This document shows positions 37,516-47,102 of a DNA stretch of 64,000 nt, one piece after another. The stretch is from Terriglobia bacterium (GTDB lineage: Bacteria; Acidobacteriota; Terriglobia; Acidiferrales; UBA7541), in contig OY968796.1 in assembly GCA_963695545.1 (NCBI GenBank), positions 1,120,001 through 1,184,000 on the forward strand, read 5' to 3'. The notes beneath the pieces are model-generated. The model was given only the letters and a program-made list of their open reading frames with translations. It searched no databases and was not told the DNA's origin. Positions within the stretch are counted from its first letter, which is position 1, and every line of letters begins with the position of its first letter. Made by a program: the position numbers and the translations under genes.

Positions 37516-39026
37516 CGAGCGCTGATGCCGCGAATCCCGTGAAATCTTCGTGGTCATATCGCTGGGCGTGGATTGCGGCGATAGCGACGGCGCTCGCGCT
37601 GCGGATTCTTTTTGCATTCACGACCAACCCCGCTACGGGCGATGGCCCGATCTATCAGGAACTGGCGAAAAACTGGCCCAGCAGCCGAATCTACGGACTG
37701 GTTCTGGGACAGGGCGCGCCAACGCCGGTGGATATCCGCATGCCGGGATATCCATTTTTCCTAGCCACGATCTCGCGTCTATTCGGAGGCGGGCTGCGGC
37801 CCCCGATGCTGATTCAGGCATTCGTGGACGTCGGAACGTGTTTGCTGGCGGCGATTTTGGCGGCGTGGCTTGTGCCCGCGGAGTGGCGGAAGCGGACCGC
37901 GCTCGCGGCGATGTGGCTGGCCGCAGTGTGCCCGTTCCTTGCGAATTACAGCGCGGTGGTTTTGACCGAAGTGCTGGCCACGTTTTGTACGGCGGCGGCT
38001 CTGGTGGCGCTGACGGCGGCGTGCGCGGGAAGTGAGCAATTGACGTGGGGGTCCGCGGCGGACGCGGCGGGGGAGCCTTCGTCGCGCAGCAGGATCAGCG
38101 CGTTCCTTCTCAATCGATGGTTCCTCGGTGGACTGGCTGTTGGATTCGGGACGCTGGTTAGACCAGAAACCCCGCTGCTACTGGTTGCGTTGGCATTGCT
38201 TCTGATTTGGCGGTGGCGGCGCGTGGCGGATTGGGGGAAGCTCGCGCGCGCGGGCGCGCTGACCGCCGCGGGTCTCGTGTTGCCTTTGATTCCGTGGGTC
38301 GCGCGCAACGCGATCACGCTTCACGAGTTTCAACCGTTGGCGCCTCGCTACGCGCAAATGCCCGGCGAATTTGTGCCGAGGGGATTTATGGCGTGGACGC
38401 GAACCTGGCTGGTGCGCTACCGCGACGTGTACCTGACGCCGTGGAATCTGGGCGAGCAACCGCTGAATATTTCCGATCTGCCGGCGTCGGCCTTCGATTC
38501 CGACGCGGAACGCGCGCGCGTTCAGGAACTCTACGATGAATATGACAACAACTGCTGCGATTTCACACCGGAATGGGACGCGCAATTCGGGGCGCTGGCG
38601 CGCGAGCGCGCGGCGCGGCATCCATTGCGGACCTATTTCGAGATTCCGATTGGGCGAGTGTTCACGCTGTGGTTGACGCCGCGCATCGAGCTCTCGAATT
38701 ATTCCGGCCGGTTGTGGCCGCTGCGGGAGCAGTTTCGTTTGGATCCGGAAGATTTCGGCGTGACCGTTCTGGCGGGCGCGATCGGGATATTCTATGTCGC
38801 GCTGGCGATTGCAGGAGTGTGTTGCGCGTTTGCGCGCCGCGCTGAGTGGCCATCATCGCGGCGCTGGGCGATCGGATTCCTGGTTTTATTCTGCGTCGTG
38901 CGGACAATTTATTTCACGCGCGTGGAGACGCCCGAGCCGCGATACATGCTCGAATGCTTTCCGGCGGTATTTGCGCTGGGAGCTTTGTTCTTCGCCCGCT
39001 CCAAGAAAACCGCAGCGTTGAACTGA
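37512..39026 (+). CDS. GT-C (ArnT/PMT-like) glycosyltransferase
   Basis: Multi-TM; R.PGYP, LTE.L, RPE and EPRY motifs. Confidence 0.8.
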   Translation: MTSADAANPVKSSWSYRWAWIAAIATALALRILFAFTTNPATGDGPIYQELAKNWPSSRIYGLVLGQGAPTPVDIRMPGYPFFLATISRLFGGGLRPPMLIQAFVDVGTCLLAAILAAWLVPAEWRKRTALAAMWLAAVCPFLANYSAVVLTEVLATFCTAAALVALTAACAGSEQLTWGSAADAAGEPSSRSRISAFLLNRWFLGGLAVGFGTLVRPETPLLLVALALLLIWRWRRVADWGKLARAGALTAAGLVLPLIPWVARNAITLHEFQPLAPRYAQMPGEFVPRGFMAWTRTWLVRYRDVYLTPWNLGEQPLNISDLPASAFDSDAERARVQELYDEYDNNCCDFTPEWDAQFGALARERAARHPLRTYFEIPIGRVFTLWLTPRIELSNYSGRLWPLREQFRLDPEDFGVTVLAGAIGIFYVALAIAGVCCAFARRAEWPSSRRWAIGFLVLFCVVRTIYFTRVETPEPRYMLECFPAVFALGALFFARSKKTAALN

Positions 39027-39157
39027 CCTGGGCCGTGATGGGGCGCTCATCGTTCGCCCGCGTGCCGAACAAGCACTGATGGAATCCTGAGCGACACGCG
39101 CGAGTCGTGCGCGCGCCGCGCTTTTTATGTACAATCCGGGCAAAATCAGCTTCCCTC

Positions 39158-40597
39158 ATGACCCTCATTCGCGACCTGTGGAACCCGGCGACACGAAGAA
39201 ACTTCGCCATCGCGCTGCTACTCGGATTGCTTCTCCGATTATATTTCGTTTTCTACCTGCCGATGTTCGATATCGATACGGTGATGTACGAGGCGCTCGG
39301 GCACAACATTGTGCTGCATCACGCGTACGCTTACCTGAAGGGACAGACGTTGGTTCCCACCGATGTGCGCGTGCCGGGTTATCCGTTGTTTATCAGTGTG
39401 ATCTACATTTTTTTCGGGAATTCGCAGCGCGCCATTCTGGTCGCGCAGGCATTTGTGGATCTGGGAACATGCGTTTTGATCTCGATCCTCGCGGCTTCTC
39501 TAGCGCCTGAACGATCGCGAACGCGCGTAGCGATTGCCGCCGTGTGGCTGGCCGCGACGTGTCCGTTCGTCGCCAACTACACTGCCTCGGCGCTGACGGA
39601 AGTGCTGGCGACATTATTCAGCGCCGCCGCGCTGTTGGTTCTGGTTTGGGCGGATCAGAGCGAACCCGGGCCAGGCGGCGCGGCGCGCAAACCGGGGAGC
39701 TGGCGCCTTTGGTTCTTCGGCGGAGTGATTGTCGGGCTCGGATCGCTGGTGCGGCCCGAGACGCCGATCATGCTCGCGGCGCCCGCGTTGGTGCTGGCCG
39801 TGCGGTGGTGCAAACCCTCTGACTGGGCGCGTCTGGTGCGCACCGGACTCTTGCTCGCGGTGGGGTTGTTGACGCCGCTTCTGCCATGGGCCGCGCGCAA
39901 TTGGATTACGCTTCACGAGGTGCAGTTTCTAACGGCTCGTTACATCGACATGCCGGGTTCCTACATTCCAGTGGGCTTCTATGCATGGACGCATACCTGG
40001 ATGGTGTCGTACGCGGATGTGGACAACGTGCTGAACCGCTTAGAGCACGAGCCGATCAATATTACGGATTTTCCTTCCTACGCTTTCGATTCAGCGGAAG
40101 AACGAACGCGTGTGGAGACGCTTCTGGTGGACCAACATCAGAATTCTTTCGTGTTCTCTCCCGCGGCGGACGCACAATTTGCCGAACTCGCACGCGAGCG
40201 CACCGCGCGAGATCCGCTGAGGACCTATGTGAGTGTGCCCCTCCGCCGCGGACTGACGCTTTGGTTTACGCCGCGGACGGAAATGCTGCCGTACGAGGGC
40301 CAGTGGTGGCCGCCGATCCGTCCGTGGAGTGAGTACGACATGGACTTTGCAGTCGGCTTGCTGTTTACGATGCTGAATTATTTTTACGCGGGACTGGCGC
40401 TAGCCGGCGCATATCTGATGCGAAAGCAGCGCGGAGTCGCGCTACTGGTAGTTTTTATCATCGTGCGCACGGCTTTCATTGCCATCGAGCACTTCACTGT
40501 GGAGCCGCGCTTCGTGCTGCCTTGCGTCCCCGCGGTTCTGGCGCTTGCGGCGCTGGTGTGGGCCAGGCGTTCTCCTGGGGAAATGCACAGCGTTTGA
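39158..40597 (+). CDS. GT-C (ArnT/PMT-like) glycosyltransferase, tandem paralogue
   Basis: Same motifs as the upstream gene (RVPGYP, CPFVANY, LTEVLAT, VRPETP, EPRF). Confidence 0.8.
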   Translation: MTLIRDLWNPATRRNFAIALLLGLLLRLYFVFYLPMFDIDTVMYEALGHNIVLHHAYAYLKGQTLVPTDVRVPGYPLFISVIYIFFGNSQRAILVAQAFVDLGTCVLISILAASLAPERSRTRVAIAAVWLAATCPFVANYTASALTEVLATLFSAAALLVLVWADQSEPGPGGAARKPGSWRLWFFGGVIVGLGSLVRPETPIMLAAPALVLAVRWCKPSDWARLVRTGLLLAVGLLTPLLPWAARNWITLHEVQFLTARYIDMPGSYIPVGFYAWTHTWMVSYADVDNVLNRLEHEPINITDFPSYAFDSAEERTRVETLLVDQHQNSFVFSPAADAQFAELARERTARDPLRTYVSVPLRRGLTLWFTPRTEMLPYEGQWWPPIRPWSEYDMDFAVGLLFTMLNYFYAGLALAGAYLMRKQRGVALLVVFIIVRTAFIAIEHFTVEPRFVLPCVPAVLALAALVWARRSPGEMHSV

Positions 40598-40879
40598 GCG
40601 GTGGCCGCGACAAAATTGTCGAGCGAAAAAAATCGCGCGTGAAACTGCGCGTGACGGACCAATCGCGCATCCAATGAACATCGCGGTAACTACACCGGGC
40701 GCCGCAATGAGGGCCATTGGGACAGTCATGGCGTCTGCCCGCCGGACAAGCTGCGAGAAGGAAATCGTCGGCGCCCGACGGGATGACTCAACTGCCCGGT
40801 CGGGGTAAAATCACGCGCTAAAGCTGCTTGGAGGGAGACGCGGGCGGAGCTGGGTCGGACCGCTTGCCTTGATTCTCGG

Positions 40880-43800
40880 ATGGAAACGCACAGGCCCATA
40901 TTTTACGACGAACAACGGCGCCGCTGGCGGCGGCTCCGGTGGGCACTCGAGGTCACGGCGCTGGTCTTGGTGCTGGTGCTGATGGTGTTTACGGTGAGCG
41001 TGCTTCACCGCATGACTTTGCCGGGAGAGATGCAGCAACTCGCCGAACGGCCCGGGCTCCGGCCCTTTCTGAGCGCGCAAGCCAGGCCGCGGGCGCCGGC
41101 AAGGCGCGCCGGGCTGCGGCGCCGCGTAAATGCCCTGGGCTCCACGACTCCGCCGGCGAGCTACGATCCGCTGCGCGCAGCGTTTTACGTGTCGTACGAT
41201 CCAACCAGTCTAGCCTCGCTGCAGCGACATTATCGCGATATCGACGTTCTGATCCCGGACACGCTGTACACCGACACGGCCGACGGTAAACTGAACAAGC
41301 AAACCGATCCGAAACTGACGGAGTGGATGCACAGCTCCGGGATCGAAATCCCGATTATGCCGCTGGTGCAGGATACCAACGGGACAATGTGGGACGTGCC
41401 GGGGACGATCGCCATGCTTCGGAATCCCGTCGCGCGGCAAAGTCTGGTGCACCAATTGGTTCAATACGTTGTGGACCAGAACGACCCGGGCCTGGTGGCG
41501 GATTTTGAGGAGATTCCCCCGGCGAGCCAGAAAGATTTCTCAAATTTCATCGGCGAACTCTCGGCCGATCTGCACGGCGCAGGGCTCAAGTTGATGGTCG
41601 CGTTGCCGGCGGGGGATTGGGACTACGACTACGCCGGAATTGCGAAAATGTCGGACGCCATCATCGTGATGGATTACGACCAGTATTCGCAGGATACGGA
41701 GTCAGGACCGATCGCCGCGCAAGATTGGTACGTGGATCGTTTGCAGGCGATCCTGAAGCTCGTGCCCGCGCAGAAAATTGTCGCCGGCGTGGCCAACTAC
41801 GCGTACGACTGGACCGAACCCACCGGAAAAGCCAAGAGGCAACCCGCGACGATCGAAACCTACCAAGGCGCGGTGGTGACCTCTTCGGAATCCGACGCGA
41901 CGATCGACTTCGATTCCGACGCGCTCAATCCGCACTTTTCCTATTACGACGAGCACAATCAGGTGCACAACGTCTGGATGCTCGACGGCGTGACGGCTTA
42001 CAACGAGCTGCGCGCCGCGGAGCGGCTAGGCGTCCAGGGCACGGCACTGTGGAGACTCGGTTCCGAAGACGGATCGCTGTGGACGATCTGGGATGTGACG
42101 CGGCCGGACGATGCGGCGCGCGCGCGTCTGGACGACATACCGTACGGATTCGACCTGATCCTCGAAGGGGAAGGCGATATCTGGAACCAGATCAACACGC
42201 CGCAACAAGGCAGCCGATCGTTCGATTTCGATCCAACGTCGAACCTGATCACCGACGAACACTACGATGTGCTTCCGATGCCTTACCGCATTTTTCAGGT
42301 CGGCGCGAAGCCGAAAGAAATCGCGCTCAGTTTTGACGACGGGCCGGATCCCGTCAACACGCCCAAGATTCTCGACATTCTGAAAGCAAAGCACGCGCCG
42401 GCAACGTTTTTTGTGATTGGCGTGGAGGCGAACAATGCGCTGGACTTACTAAAACGCGAATATAGCGAGGGCCACGAAATCGGCAATCACACCTACACGC
42501 ACCCGGCTTTCACGCCGAACCTTTCGGCTACGCAGATAAAATTGGAATTGAATTTGAACGAACGGCTGCTGGCGAGCACGCTGGGAATCAAGACGCAACT
42601 TTTCCGTCCGCCTTACGGCATCGACCACCAGCCAGAAACCGCGGACGAAGTGGAGATGCTGCCGATTCCGCTTTCGATGGGCTACATGCTTGTGGGCGCA
42701 CAGATCGATCCGCACGATTGGGGCGAAGCGGGCGGGATCGCTCCGCCACCGGCGCAAACCATCGTGGATCGCGTGATGGAGCAGACGCGCGCCGGCCTCG
42801 GGAACATCGTGTTGCTGCACGACGGCGGCGGGGACCGCAGCCACACCATCGCGGCGCTGCCGACGATCATCGACCAACTGCGCGCGGCGGGATACGAATT
42901 GGTGCCGGTGTCGGAACTGGTTGACGAAACGCGCGCCGAAGCCATGCCGCAATTGAATTTCAGGGAGCGCCTGGTGGCGCGCACGGACGGACTGATTTTC
43001 ACGCTGTTCGAGTATTTGCGCGACGGCATCGCGTTCATATTCGTGCTGGGGATTTTCCTGGTCAGCTTGCGCGCGCTGATCATCGGCCTGCTGGCGTTGA
43101 TTGAGAAACTGCGGCCCACGCCGCCGGAGCAACCGGGCTACGCACCGCCGGTGAGCGTGCTGATTCCCGCGTACAACGAAGAATCCGTGATTGTCGGGAC
43201 AGTGCGTTCGGCGCTGGCGAACGATTATTCGCCGCTCGAAGTGATCGTCATCGATGACGGCTCGTCGGACCTCACCGGCGAATTGCTCGATCGCAATTTC
43301 CTGGCCGACTCGCGCGTGCGCATCATTCACCAGCCGAACAGCGGCAAGCCGGCCGCGCTGCGCCGGGCGCTCTCAGAGGCCACAAGCGAAGTGATCGTGA
43401 CCATCGACGCCGATACGCACATCGAGCCAGACGCAGTGCGCCACCTCGTGCGCCATTTCGCCAATCTGCGCGTGGGAGCAGTGGCCGGCAACGTGAAAGT
43501 GGGCAATCGCGATCGCTGGATCACGCGCTGGCAAGCGCTCGAATACGTGACGAGCCAGAACCTCGAAAAGCGCGCATTCGATCTGCTCAATTGCATCCCC
43601 GTGGTTCCGGGAGCGCTGAGCGCATGGCGCACCGAAGCGATTCGCGCGGCGGGAGGCTTCACCGCCGATACCGTGGCCGAAGATACGGATTTGACCATCG
43701 CCATACGCCGCTCGGGCTGGGCGATTCTTTACGACGAAGACGCGATCGGTTGGACCGAAGCGCCGGAGACGCCGGGGCAATTGGTGAGGCAGAGATTCCG

Positions 43801-44284
43801 TTGGACGTTCGGCACGCTGCAATCTTTCTGGAAACATCGCGATACGCTGGGGCGCTGGCGCTACGGCACGCTGGGCTTCGTGGCTCTGCCGAATATTTTC
43901 CTGTTCCAACTTTTGTTGCCGCTGTTTTCTCCGATCATCGATCTGCTGTTTATCGGCTCGCTGGTTTTTTGGGGACTGGCGCAATTCCACTTCACCAAAC
44001 TGCCGCCGCTTTGGACTACGGCCGACGTGGAGCTCTCGCTGCTATTTTTCGGGGGCTTCATGTTGATCGACCTGCTGACGTGCGTGATCGCGTTTGCGCT
44101 GGAAAAGCGCGAGGATTGGTCGCTGCTGTGGCCGGTGCTACTGCAACGCTTCTACTACCGGCAGATGATGTACGTGGTGCTGTTCCGCGCGGTGATGGGA
44201 GCGGTGAAGGGGAGATCGGTGGGTTGGCGCGGCGTCGAGGCCGAAGTGGAAGCGCCGAGGCCGACGACGATGGCGCCAGCCTGA
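40880..44284 (+). CDS. GH18-like / polysaccharide deacetylase (CE4) / GT2 fusion
   Basis: GH18-like: GLVADFEE and MDYD. CE4: SFDDGPD and HTYTH. GT2: DDGS, DAD, AEDTD and QRFRW. Confidence 0.92.
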   Translation: METHRPIFYDEQRRRWRRLRWALEVTALVLVLVLMVFTVSVLHRMTLPGEMQQLAERPGLRPFLSAQARPRAPARRAGLRRRVNALGSTTPPASYDPLRAAFYVSYDPTSLASLQRHYRDIDVLIPDTLYTDTADGKLNKQTDPKLTEWMHSSGIEIPIMPLVQDTNGTMWDVPGTIAMLRNPVARQSLVHQLVQYVVDQNDPGLVADFEEIPPASQKDFSNFIGELSADLHGAGLKLMVALPAGDWDYDYAGIAKMSDAIIVMDYDQYSQDTESGPIAAQDWYVDRLQAILKLVPAQKIVAGVANYAYDWTEPTGKAKRQPATIETYQGAVVTSSESDATIDFDSDALNPHFSYYDEHNQVHNVWMLDGVTAYNELRAAERLGVQGTALWRLGSEDGSLWTIWDVTRPDDAARARLDDIPYGFDLILEGEGDIWNQINTPQQGSRSFDFDPTSNLITDEHYDVLPMPYRIFQVGAKPKEIALSFDDGPDPVNTPKILDILKAKHAPATFFVIGVEANNALDLLKREYSEGHEIGNHTYTHPAFTPNLSATQIKLELNLNERLLASTLGIKTQLFRPPYGIDHQPETADEVEMLPIPLSMGYMLVGAQIDPHDWGEAGGIAPPPAQTIVDRVMEQTRAGLGNIVLLHDGGGDRSHTIAALPTIIDQLRAAGYELVPVSELVDETRAEAMPQLNFRERLVARTDGLIFTLFEYLRDGIAFIFVLGIFLVSLRALIIGLLALIEKLRPTPPEQPGYAPPVSVLIPAYNEESVIVGTVRSALANDYSPLEVIVIDDGSSDLTGELLDRNFLADSRVRIIHQPNSGKPAALRRALSEATSEVIVTIDADTHIEPDAVRHLVRHFANLRVGAVAGNVKVGNRDRWITRWQALEYVTSQNLEKRAFDLLNCIPVVPGALSAWRTEAIRAAGGFTADTVAEDTDLTIAIRRSGWAILYDEDAIGWTEAPETPGQLVRQRFRWTFGTLQSFWKHRDTLGRWRYGTLGFVALPNIFLFQLLLPLFSPIIDLLFIGSLVFWGLAQFHFTKLPPLWTTADVELSLLFFGGFMLIDLLTCVIAFALEKREDWSLLWPVLLQRFYYRQMMYVVLFRAVMGAVKGRSVGWRGVEAEVEAPRPTTMAPA

Positions 44285-44348
44285 GTTTGCAGTTGCGCGC
44301 CCGCTATTTGCGGCGCGTAAGCGGAGCGTTACACCCAGGAGAATCTCG

Positions 44349-44900
44349 ATGTCTTCCGCAACGTTCTCGACGATGCCGCGAACTATGCCGGACCCCGCGC
44401 AACAGATGACGCTGCTCTTCAAATATAACCAGTGGGCGAATCGGCGGACCCTGGGCGCGTGCGAAGCACTCACGAGCGAACAATTCACGCGCGCGATGGG
44501 TTCGAGCTTTTCCTCTGTGCGCGACACGCTGGCGCACATTTATGGCGCGGAGTGGGTGTGGCTCGAGCGTTTCCACGGGCGCTCGCCCATGGCCTTGCCG
44601 ACGGGAACGGATTTTCCGGATTGGGCCGCGGTACGCTCGCGGCTGGAAGAAATGGACAACGCGCTTTTGGAATATGTCGCGGGACTTCGCGCGGGCGATC
44701 TCGATCGCGTGATCGAGTTCAGCACGTTCGCCGGAAAGGCGAGCTCGGGCCCGCTGTGGTCGATGCTGCAGCACCTGGCCAATCACGGCACGTACCACAG
44801 GGGACAAATCACCACGATGCTGCGTCAATTGGGCACGAAACCGGCGGGGACCGATCTAATTGGGTTTTATCGCGAATTGGCCGCGAGCGCGCCGGCCTAA
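44349..44900 (+). CDS. DinB family protein
   Basis: YNQWAN, SVRDTLAH and NHGTYHRGQ motifs. Confidence 0.9.
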   Translation: MSSATFSTMPRTMPDPAQQMTLLFKYNQWANRRTLGACEALTSEQFTRAMGSSFSSVRDTLAHIYGAEWVWLERFHGRSPMALPTGTDFPDWAAVRSRLEEMDNALLEYVAGLRAGDLDRVIEFSTFAGKASSGPLWSMLQHLANHGTYHRGQITTMLRQLGTKPAGTDLIGFYRELAASAPA

Positions 44901-44935
44901 ACGCATCGCGAGACTTCGCGGCTCAAGACCACACC

Positions 44936-45421
44936 TCAGGCGCTCGCGCTCGCCTTCGCCTGCAAGGAGCGGACAGCTTCAAGAACATCGGCGGCGTGAC
45001 CTTTGGCGGGCGCCGTCTCCCACACTTTCGCGATTTTTCCATCGGGGCCGATCAGAACCGAGCTGCGCACGATGCCCAGAAAACTTTTGCCCAGAAATTT
45101 TTTCATCCGGCGCGCGCCGTAGCTTTCGATCACCTGAAAATCCGGGTCGCACAGCAGCGTGAAGTTCAGGCGTTCCTTTTTCTTGAAGCGCGCCTGCGCC
45201 TCGACCTGATCGGCGCTGCAACCGAGCACAACCGCGCCCAATTTCTCGAACTCCTTCTGCGCGTCGCGAAATTCAACTGCTTCGCACGTGCATCCCGACG
45301 TGCCGGCCTTCGGATAAAAATACAAAACAGCGAAACGGCCGCGGAGATCCGCGAGCGAAACCGGGCGGCCGTCATCGCAGGGCACGCTGAAATCGGGAGC
45401 GGGATCGCCGACCTTTACCAC
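44936..45421 (-). CDS. bcp: Peroxiredoxin Bcp/PrxQ
   Basis: LYFYPKAGTSGCTCEA motif; SD GAGGAGG before the GTG. Confidence 0.9.
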   Translation of the reverse strand: MVKVGDPAPDFSVPCDDGRPVSLADLRGRFAVLYFYPKAGTSGCTCEAVEFRDAQKEFEKLGAVVLGCSADQVEAQARFKKKERLNFTLLCDPDFQVIESYGARRMKKFLGKSFLGIVRSSVLIGPDGKIAKVWETAPAKGHAADVLEAVRSLQAKASASA

Positions 45422-45487
45422 CTTGAGCCTCCTCGAACGCGACCTACACTCTTTCCTAGACTGCGGTCTCGAAATCTTTTCAAGCTC

Positions 45488-46981
45488 TTACGCGAGCAAG
45501 CGCCGCAATGTTTCCTGAACGACCTGTGGATTCGCTTGGCCGCGCGAGGCGCGCATCACCTGGCCTACGAAAAAATTGAAGACTCCCTGGTTACCCGCGC
45601 GGAGCTTCGCGGCATTGTCGGGACTGGCGGCGAGCGCTTCCCGGCAAAGCCGTTCGATTTCGGACGAGTCGTCGATCCTTTCAAAACCTTCGGCCGCGAC
45701 GATTTCCGCGGCGCTGCGGCCGCTGCCAAACATTTTTGGCAGGATTTTTTTTCCCATGGCCGCGGTGATCTTGCCATCTTCGATCATTTTGAGCAGGGCC
45801 GCGAGTTCGGCGGGCGCAACGGGGAATTCGGCGCCAGCCGTATCGGTTGACGCGGCTTGATTCCGTTGGCGTAGCAGTTCGGTCTGAATCCACGCGGCGG
45901 CCAAGCGCGGGGGTGCGCCGGCGCGGGTGGTCTCTTCGTAATAATCCGCCAGCTCGCGCGTGTCGGTGAGCACGCCGGCGTCGTACGGCGTGATGCCGTA
46001 CGCAGCGACGAAGCGCGCGCGGCGCGCGGCCGGGAGTTCCGGCATGTTCGCCGCGATTTCCGCAAGTTGCGCGGCGGAGACGCGCACGGGCAGCAAATCT
46101 GGATCGGGGAAATAACGGTAATCGTGGGCGAATTCCTTCGAGCGCATGGGCTCGGTGCGTCCGGCCGGGACGTTCCACAATCGCGTTTCCTGCGCGATCC
46201 GTTCGCCGGCTTCGAGCGCGCCGATTTGCCTGGTGATTTCGTATTCGAGCGCGCGTTGCAGATACCGGAATGAATTCAGATTTTTCACTTCGGCCTTGGT
46301 GCCGAGTTTGGTTTCGCCGCGCCGGCGCACGCTGACGTTGGCGTCGCAGCGCAGAGAACCCTTTTCCATGTCGCAATCGCTGACTCCGGCGTACTGCAGA
46401 ACTTGCTTGAGCGTCGTGAGATAGGCATAGGCCGCCGCGGGCGAGCGCAGGTCCGGCTCGGACACGATTTCGATCAGCGGCATTCCGCAGCGGTTGTAAT
46501 CGATGTAGCTTTTCTCGGCCGAATCCGGAAAGCCTTCGTGCAAATTCTTGGCCGCGTCTTCTTCGAGATGCAAACGCGTGATGCCGATTCGCAGGGTCGC
46601 ACCCTCGGATTCGGCTTCGAGCCAGCCGGCGGTGGCGAGCGGCAGCTCGTACATCGAAATCTGATAGCCCTTCGGCAGGTCCGGATAAAAATAATTCTTC
46701 CGCGCGAAGCGGGACGATTCCTGAACCTTGAGATTCAGCGCGAGGGACGCACGCACGGCGAATTCGAGCGCGCGCCGATTCATCACCGGCAACGAACCGG
46801 GCAGGCCGAGACACACCGGACACGTGTGCGAATTCGGCGCGTCGCCGAAGCGCGTGGAGCAGCCGCAGAAAATCTTCGTTTCGGTCTTCAGTTGGACGTG
46901 GACTTCAAGACCGATCACCGCCTCGTAGGACGCCAGAACTTCGGCCGCAATGGGCGGCGCGTCTTGGGTAACTTTGACCAT
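45488..46981 (-). CDS. gatB: Asp/Glu-tRNA amidotransferase subunit B
   Basis: IGLEVH, RKNYFYPD, LEEDA, RCDANVS and DYRYFPDPD motifs. Confidence 0.97.
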   Translation of the reverse strand: MVKVTQDAPPIAAEVLASYEAVIGLEVHVQLKTETKIFCGCSTRFGDAPNSHTCPVCLGLPGSLPVMNRRALEFAVRASLALNLKVQESSRFARKNYFYPDLPKGYQISMYELPLATAGWLEAESEGATLRIGITRLHLEEDAAKNLHEGFPDSAEKSYIDYNRCGMPLIEIVSEPDLRSPAAAYAYLTTLKQVLQYAGVSDCDMEKGSLRCDANVSVRRRGETKLGTKAEVKNLNSFRYLQRALEYEITRQIGALEAGERIAQETRLWNVPAGRTEPMRSKEFAHDYRYFPDPDLLPVRVSAAQLAEIAANMPELPAARRARFVAAYGITPYDAGVLTDTRELADYYEETTRAGAPPRLAAAWIQTELLRQRNQAASTDTAGAEFPVAPAELAALLKMIEDGKITAAMGKKILPKMFGSGRSAAEIVAAEGFERIDDSSEIERLCREALAASPDNAAKLRAGNQGVFNFFVGQVMRASRGQANPQVVQETLRRLLA

Positions 46982-47102
46982 GGGGAACGGTGATTATAGC
47001 ATCGCGCGCAACTTCTATTGAACGCCTGCTCGAGGGCTACCGCAAGGGGCGCTCCGCGGGTCCGCCTCATCCGCGAACCCGCGGTGCGCGAAGGCCTATA
47101 GC

